NCBI GenBank assembly: GCA_041499435.1
Contig: JBGQKF010000001.1
Coordinates: forward strand, 1 to 43,690
Source: Gammaproteobacteria bacterium
GTDB taxonomy: Bacteria > Pseudomonadota > Gammaproteobacteria > Burkholderiales > SHXO01
Direction: 5' to 3'
DNA: 43,690 bases
How positions within the stretch are numbered: the first letter of the stretch is position 1; every line of letters starts with the position of its first letter. A program made the translations under genes and the position numbers. Positions 38,088 to 43,690 of this stretch are shown here, piece after piece. The notes beneath the pieces are model-generated. The model was not told where the DNA came from. It saw only the letters and a list, made by a program, of their open reading frames with translations, and searched no databases.

Positions 38088-38579
38088 TTGATTGTGACTG
38101 CTCACGTTATCGGCTCGCTGATAGCCCGTCTTGATGACCTGAAAGCAATTCACATGCGCGCGAGCCGGCTCGCGGCACTGCAACAGGTCTACCGTGCGGC
38201 CATCCCAGAGGAGCTGGCCAGGCGAAGCAGGGTGGCCGATGAACGCTCGGGAACGCTGGTTATTGCTGCAGACACCAGCGCTGTTGCCGCCAAGCTACGG
38301 CAACTAGTGCCCCGAATTGTCTCTGAAATTGTTAAAAGCGAGCCGGAGGTTACTGCAATCCGAGTGGAAGTGCAAGTTGCGGAGCCCGCTCCTCCAGTGC
38401 CGAGAACTCCTCGTCCGCACATCACGCGGCAAGGACTGGAAAGCTTCGCGCAGCTGCGCGACGCGCTCCCCGATTCGCCGTTACGGCAGGCCCTCTCGCG
38501 CCTGGTGGAACACGGCGAGCGCTCACACGGCCAGGATGACGCGCCCCAGAACGACGAAGGTGAGCACGATCCGGGCTAG
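38088..38579 (+). CDS. DUF721 (DciA-like) domain protein
   Basis: [31 protein letters not shown] is the DUF721 pattern. Conserved location between the M23 gene and lpxC. TTG start, uncertain. Confidence 0.6.
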   Translation: MIVTAHVIGSLIARLDDLKAIHMRASRLAALQQVYRAAIPEELARRSRVADERSGTLVIAADTSAVAAKLRQLVPRIVSEIVKSEPEVTAIRVEVQVAEPAPPVPRTPRPHITRQGLESFAQLRDALPDSPLRQALSRLVEHGERSHGQDDAPQNDEGEHDPG

Positions 38580-39487
38580 GTGTACTGCGTCTGCAGGCTC
38601 ACGAACGCGGGTGCGTCTTCGGACGCCTCGAAGCTGACGAACTCCCACGCCGCCTTGTTCTCGAGCAGGGCGCGAGCGATCTTGTTGTTGAGTGCGTGGC
38701 CAGACTTGTGCGCGCTGAACGTCCCGATCAGGGGGTGGCCGAGCAGATACAGATCGCCGATCGCGTCGAGCACCTTGTGCTTCACGAACTCATCCTCGTA
38801 GCGCAGGCCGTCCGAGTTGAGCACGCGGTACTCGTCCATCACCACCGCGTTGTCGAGGCTGCCGCCGAGGCCCAGCCCCTGCGCGCGCATGGTTTCGACA
38901 TCCTGCATGAAACCGAACGTACGCGCCCGCGCAATTTCTTTTACATACGATGTGGTGGCGAAATCGACTTGAATGCGCTGCTTCGATTGCTGGAACACCG
39001 GATGATTGAACGCGATGCTGAAGTCGATGCGAAACCCGTTGTAGGGATCGAACTTGGCCCACTTGTCGCCTTCGCGAGCCTCCACCGTGTGCAGCACGCG
39101 GATGAATTTTTTCGCTGCCGCCTGCTCCGCAATCCCGGCAGACTGCAGCAGGAAGATGAACGGCCCGGCGCTGCCGTCCATGATGGGCACTTCGCCAGCA
39201 GTCAGGTCGACATACGCATTGTCAACGCCGAGGCCCGCGAAGGCGGACATCAAATGCTCCACCGTGGCAACCTTGGCAGCATCGCGACCGATACACGATG
39301 ACAAACGAGTGTCTCCCACCGACAACGCATGAGCTCGGATGTCGACTGGCTGCGGCAAATCGATGCGACGAAACACAATACCGGTATCAGGTGCGGCTGG
39401 GCGTAAAGTCATATAGACCTTCTCGCCCGTGTGTAACCCCACGCCGGTGGCCCGGACGATATTTTTAAGTGTGCGCTGTCGTATCAT
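38576..39487 (-). CDS. lpxC: UDP-3-O-acyl-N-acetylglucosamine deacetylase
   Basis: [30 protein letters not shown], and [19 protein letters not shown]...SGHALNN. Confidence 0.97.
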   Translation of the reverse strand: MIRQRTLKNIVRATGVGLHTGEKVYMTLRPAAPDTGIVFRRIDLPQPVDIRAHALSVGDTRLSSCIGRDAAKVATVEHLMSAFAGLGVDNAYVDLTAGEVPIMDGSAGPFIFLLQSAGIAEQAAAKKFIRVLHTVEAREGDKWAKFDPYNGFRIDFSIAFNHPVFQQSKQRIQVDFATTSYVKEIARARTFGFMQDVETMRAQGLGLGGSLDNAVVMDEYRVLNSDGLRYEDEFVKHKVLDAIGDLYLLGHPLIGTFSAHKSGHALNNKIARALLENKAAWEFVSFEASEDAPAFVSLQTQYT

Positions 39488-39643
39488 GAGGCCATCTCAG
39501 AAGAGGTGGCTAAGGAACTGATTCTGTTAGTATACACAATCCAGTCCTGAAGCGTAGACAAAATCTGTTGTAACCCGCCAAGCTCGCGTGCAAAGCGCAC
39601 ATGATATGGCACTGACGTAGATGGTGTCGTCATGTACCGTCAC

Positions 39644-40801
39644 CTAATCCGCCTGCTTGCGCAGAAATGCCGGAATATCGAGCAACTCGACCCCGGACTG
39701 CCGCATCGCTTCGACGGTCGATTCGCGCGTGCGCCGGCGCATCACCGCAGGGGCCTCGAGCTGTTCGTAGTCGACGACTTCGACCGGACCGGTGTCGGTT
39801 CCGGTTTTGACGACAGTCAACGGCTTGTTCTGCGTCCGGTTGACCACGGCCGCGCCCAATCCCGTCGCCACGACGGTCACCCGCAGCGCGTCGGTCATTT
39901 CCTCGTCGATCACCGTGCCCACGATCACCGTAGCGTCCTCTGCGGTAAAAGCGCGGACCGTAGCCATAACGTCATTTACCTCTTTCATCTTGAGGGTTGC
40001 GTTGGCGGTAATGTTCACCAGCACGCCCCGCGCTCCGGCGAGATTGACATCCTCGAGTAACGGGCTGGCCACGGCCTGTTCGGCGGCGGAGGTGGCCCGA
40101 TGCGGCCCCGAGCCGATCGCCGAGCCCATCATCGCCATACCCATTTCGGACATCACCGTGCGCACATCGGCGAAGTCGACATTGATCATGCCGGGACAGT
40201 TGATCACCTCCGCAATGCCTGCGACCGCACCGTGCAGGACGCCGTTTGCGGCCTTGAAGGCATCCAGCATGCTCACCTCTTCGCCGAGCACCTGCATCAG
40301 CTTCTCGTTCGGGATCACGATCAGCGAGTCGACGTGGCGCGACAGCGCCTCTAAGCCCTCGTGTGCGACCCGCTGGCGCTTGCCTTCGAACACGAACGGC
40401 TTGGTAACTACCGCGACGGTGAGTATGCCGAGCTCGCGCGCCACCTCAGCCACGACAGGAGCCGCGCCGGTGCCGGTGCCCCCGCCCATGCCTGCTGTGA
40501 GAAACAGCATGTCGGCGCCCTCGATCAGCTCCGTGATGCGCTCGCGATCTTCGAGCGCAGCCTGCCGGCCCACTTCCGGGTTGGCGCCTGCCCCCAGGCC
40601 CTTGGTGACATTGGAGCCGAGCTGCATGAGGGTCTTCGCCTTGTTGCGCGACAACGCCTGCGCATCGGTATTCGCGCAGATGAACTCCACGCCCTGCACA
40701 CCCATGTCGATCATGTGATCCACGGCGTTGCCGCCGCAACCGCCGACACCGACTACTTTGATCACTGCTTCCTGGGGTAATGTCTCCACGAGCTCGAACA
40801 T
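39644..40801 (-). CDS. ftsZ: Cell division GTPase FtsZ
   Basis: VVGVGGCGGNAV, tubulin signature GGGTGTGAAP, and C-terminal DIPAFLRKQAD. Confidence 0.98.
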   Translation of the reverse strand: MFELVETLPQEAVIKVVGVGGCGGNAVDHMIDMGVQGVEFICANTDAQALSRNKAKTLMQLGSNVTKGLGAGANPEVGRQAALEDRERITELIEGADMLFLTAGMGGGTGTGAAPVVAEVARELGILTVAVVTKPFVFEGKRQRVAHEGLEALSRHVDSLIVIPNEKLMQVLGEEVSMLDAFKAANGVLHGAVAGIAEVINCPGMINVDFADVRTVMSEMGMAMMGSAIGSGPHRATSAAEQAVASPLLEDVNLAGARGVLVNITANATLKMKEVNDVMATVRAFTAEDATVIVGTVIDEEMTDALRVTVVATGLGAAVVNRTQNKPLTVVKTGTDTGPVEVVDYEQLEAPAVMRRRTRESTVEAMRQSGVELLDIPAFLRKQAD

Positions 40802-40884
40802 GCAAGTCTCCTCTTCGCTGGATTGATCGAATCAACTACGCTTTCAATCTTTCGCCGGCACTCTTCCGCGCGCCGCCGTCCCGT

Positions 40885-42123
40885 TCAAAAATTGCCCTGA
40901 ATCCATGTCTTCATGCGATCGAACACCTGCTTGAACGAGGCGCTCTGCATGCGCACGATCTGCTCACGCTCATGCTCGGTCAGGCCCGCCATAAGCAATC
41001 CCACTACGGTCGAGTAGCGCGGATTGCGCACCACCTCAGCCAGGCCGCCGATGTAGTTGGGCGTACCCACCCGCACCGGCATGTGAAAGATCTCCTCGCC
41101 GAGCTCGACCATGCCCTGCATCACACTGCTGCCGCCGGTGATGACCACGCCCGAAGACAGCAGCTCTTCGAAGCCGCTGCGCCGCAGTTCAGCTTGAATC
41201 AGCGAATAGAGCTCCTCGACACGCGGCTCGATCACTTCGGCGAGCGTCTGGCGCGAGAGCTGGCGTGAGCTGCGCTCGCCGACACCGGGCACATCGACCA
41301 TCTGCTGCGACTCGGCGAGCTCGCGCAGCGCGCAGCCGTAGCGGCGCTTGATCTCTTCGGCGTCCTTGGTGGGCGTGCGCAATGCCATGGCGATGTCATT
41401 GGTGATCTGATCGCCGGCGATCGGGATGACGGCGGTATGACGGATGGCGCCCTGCGTGAACACGGCAATGTCGGAAGTACCCCCGCCGATGTCCACCAGA
41501 CACACGCCCAGATCCTTCTCGTCCTCGGACAGCACCGCCATCGCCGAGGCGAGCGGTTGCAGAATCAAGTCCTGGACTTCGAGGCCGCAGCGGCGCACAC
41601 ATTTCATGATGTTCTGCGCAGCCGACACGGCCCCGGTAACGATGTGCACCTTGACCTCGAGACGCACCCCGCTCATGCCGAGCGGCTCGCGCACATCCTC
41701 CTGGCCGTCGATGATGAATTCCTGGTTGAGGATGTGCAGGATCTGCTGATCGGTAGGGATATTGACCGCCTTGGCGGTCTCGATCACGCGCGCCACGTCG
41801 ATCTGGTTCACCTCGCGATCTTTGATCGCCACCATGCCGTGCGAGTTGAAGCTCTTGATGTGACTGCCGGCAATCCCGGTGAACACCTCGCGGATCTTGC
41901 AGTCGGCCATGAGCTCCGCTTCCTCCAGCGCACGCTGGATGGCATTCACCGTCGACTCGATGTTGACCACCACGCCCTTCTTCAATCCGCGTGACGGGTG
42001 GCTGCCGTACCCCACGACATCGAAGCCGCCTTCGGGCCGAATCTCCGCCACCATCGCGACGATCTTGGAGGTTCCGATGTCCAATCCCACGATCAGGTTT
42101 TTGCTGTCCTTCGGCTTGTTCAT
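40885..42123 (-). CDS. ftsA: Cell division protein FtsA
   Basis: IVGLDIGTSKIVAMV, DIGGGTSDIAVF, and a C-terminal amphipathic helix. I preferred ATG 42123 to the TTG at 42141. Confidence 0.95.
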   Translation of the reverse strand: MNKPKDSKNLIVGLDIGTSKIVAMVAEIRPEGGFDVVGYGSHPSRGLKKGVVVNIESTVNAIQRALEEAELMADCKIREVFTGIAGSHIKSFNSHGMVAIKDREVNQIDVARVIETAKAVNIPTDQQILHILNQEFIIDGQEDVREPLGMSGVRLEVKVHIVTGAVSAAQNIMKCVRRCGLEVQDLILQPLASAMAVLSEDEKDLGVCLVDIGGGTSDIAVFTQGAIRHTAVIPIAGDQITNDIAMALRTPTKDAEEIKRRYGCALRELAESQQMVDVPGVGERSSRQLSRQTLAEVIEPRVEELYSLIQAELRRSGFEELLSSGVVITGGSSVMQGMVELGEEIFHMPVRVGTPNYIGGLAEVVRNPRYSTVVGLLMAGLTEHEREQIVRMQSASFKQVFDRMKTWIQGNF

Positions 42124-42137
42124 ATCCACGCCCTGAT

Positions 42138-42830
42138 TCAACCTCCACGTACCGTAAAACCGTTGGGATAGCGCAGGTCGATGCGCAAGCGCATCGCCGA
42201 CAGTTGTGCGAGCGTGCGCGGGTAGGCCGCGACAAACCGTTGCAACCGTTCATCCATCTGCTCACGGCCGAGCTCGAGAACCTCGCCATTCTCGAGCGTC
42301 ACACGCCACGCGCCGCGATCGGAAAGCACGATTTCCCTGGGGCGCTTGCCTAGGGGGGCCAGCGTCCGGCTGAACGACTGGTAGTGCCGGTAGACCTCGG
42401 GGGCCGTGCCGTCAGGACCGACGAACACCGGCAGCACGTCATTGCTGGCCGCTTGAAACACCTCGGCGTAAGGGTTCACCAGCGCACTGTCGCGCCAGCG
42501 CGCAACCGCGACCTGCTCCTCAAGCTCGACCAGCAGATGATCGGGCCACTGACGGCGCACATTGGCCTTACGCACCCAGGGCAATTTTTCGAACGCCGCA
42601 CGCGCCTGCTCCAGATCCAGCGTGAAGAAGTTGCCCTTCAGCTCGTGCGCCACGATCTGCTGCACCTGGTTCTGGGTGGTATGCGCGATCTGACCGCTCA
42701 CTTCAACCTCGCGTATCGGGAAGATCGGCAAACGCACGACCGCAACGCCGATGGCATACGCGAGCAGCAGGCCGGCGACCGCATACAGCCCGGTGGCGAT
42801 GCCGCTCAGCAGACGGTGGTTATCCCACAT
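42138..42830 (-). CDS. ftsQ: Cell division protein FtsQ
   Basis: MWDNHRLL N-terminus, a single TM helix and a POTRA region (IREVEVSG). ATG 42830 overlaps the ddl stop by 11 nt; ATG 42863 is the alternative. Confidence 0.88.
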   Translation of the reverse strand: MWDNHRLLSGIATGLYAVAGLLLAYAIGVAVVRLPIFPIREVEVSGQIAHTTQNQVQQIVAHELKGNFFTLDLEQARAAFEKLPWVRKANVRRQWPDHLLVELEEQVAVARWRDSALVNPYAEVFQAASNDVLPVFVGPDGTAPEVYRHYQSFSRTLAPLGKRPREIVLSDRGAWRVTLENGEVLELGREQMDERLQRFVAAYPRTLAQLSAMRLRIDLRYPNGFTVRGG

Positions 42831-43690
42831 GCGCCGCCTCCAGAATGCGCACCACCAGCTCATCGAATGAGATCCCGGCCGCCTTCGCCGCCATCGGGAC
42901 CAGACTGTGTCCGGTCATGCCGGGCGAGGTATTCATTTCCAGCAGCGATACGCTGCCGTCGCGACGGCGGATGAGATCGGCGCGTCCCCAACCGCTGCAA
43001 CCGAGTGCTTGCGCGCTGCGCATGACCAGATCCTGAAGCGCACGCTCTTCGTTCGGCGTCAGCCCGCACGGACAGAAATATTTGGTGTCGTCGGTGAAAT
43101 ACTTGTTCTGGTAATCGTAGTTGCCCTGAGGCGCCTCGATCCGAATGAGCGGCAGCGCCTGATCGCCGAGGAACGCGCCGGTGAGCTCGTCGCCCGCGAT
43201 GAACTCTTCCGCGAGCACGAGCTTGTCGTGGCGGGCAGCGAGCTCGTACGCCACAGGAAGATCATCGCGGCGCGCGACTTTCGACAATCCGATGGTGGAG
43301 CCTTCGTGCGCGGGCTTCACGATCAGCGGCAGGCCGAGGTCCTTGGCTAGGTGACCCCAATCGCTCTGCGCGGTGATCACCTGGAAGCGCGGTGTGGGCA
43401 AACCCACAGCGAGCCACACCAGCTTGGTGCGCACCTTGTCCATGCACAGTGCCGAGGACATCACGCCGCTGCCGGTGTAGGCAATACCGAGCAGCTCCAG
43501 CGCGCCTTGCACAGTCCCATCCTCGCCATACCGGCCATGCAACGCGATGAACACGCGTTCAAAGCCTTCTCGCTTCAAGTCGAACAGCTCGCGCTCCGCG
43601 GGATCGAATCCATGCGCATCGACACCGGCACGCCGCAATCCCTCGAGCACCGCGTTGCCGGACAACAGCGAGATTTCGCGCTCAGCGGAT
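42820..43690 (-). CDS. ddl: D-alanine--D-alanine ligase (5' end truncated by the window edge)
   Basis: [18 protein letters not shown] continues to the window end. Also [24 protein letters not shown] and [11 protein letters not shown]. The N-terminal ~20 residues lie outside the window. Confidence 0.93.
   Translation of the reverse strand, partial: SAEREISLLSGNAVLEGLRRAGVDAHGFDPAERELFDLKREGFERVFIALHGRYGEDGTVQGALELLGIAYTGSGVMSSALCMDKVRTKLVWLAVGLPTPRFQVITAQSDWGHLAKDLGLPLIVKPAHEGSTIGLSKVARRDDLPVAYELAARHDKLVLAEEFIAGDELTGAFLGDQALPLIRIEAPQGNYDYQNKYFTDDTKYFCPCGLTPNEERALQDLVMRSAQALGCSGWGRADLIRRRDGSVSLLEMNTSPGMTGHSLVPMAAKAAGISFDELVVRILEAAHVG

Overview
GC-rich chromosomal segment of about 43.7 kb. Gene order matches Betaproteobacteria, especially Burkholderiales and relatives: ddl-ftsQ-ftsA-ftsZ, lpxC, secA, argJ, DUF815 ATPase, Nudix/ThiE fusion, yacG-zapD-coaE-pilDCB. 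Most of the window (about 9.9-43.7 kb) is densely packed core housekeeping: the rpsU-yqeY-dnaG-rpoD operon, tsaD, plsY, folB, xerD, ogt, rpsP-rimM-trmD-rplS, ffh, pilBCD, secA, lpxC and the end of the dcw cluster (ddl is cut by the window edge). I found no rRNA, tRNA, CRISPR array, transposase or phage gene. The left ~9.5 kb (354-9860) looks accessory. It holds a sensor kinase, a sigma-54 response regulator and a translationally coupled DUF202 membrane protein. Convergent to these lies a co-directional string: Rieske protein, PQQ dehydrogenase, clade-D beta-carbonic-anhydrase-like enzyme and two half-size YeeE/YedE membrane proteins. OsmC-like and MaoC-like genes follow. The most unusual item is the two-gene module of a Tat-exported bc1-type Rieske protein and a periplasmic MxaF/XoxF-family PQQ dehydrogenase. 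The dehydrogenase keeps the lanthanide-type W-D-x-D signature but lacks the vicinal Cys-Cys, and no c-type cytochrome partner is in view. Two intergenic composite palindromes built from tandem 8-mers (16859-16956) and 7-mers (32863-32953) are also unexplained by ordinary annotation. All calls rest on motif recognition in the supplied translations and by-eye inspection of the DNA; no database search was possible.
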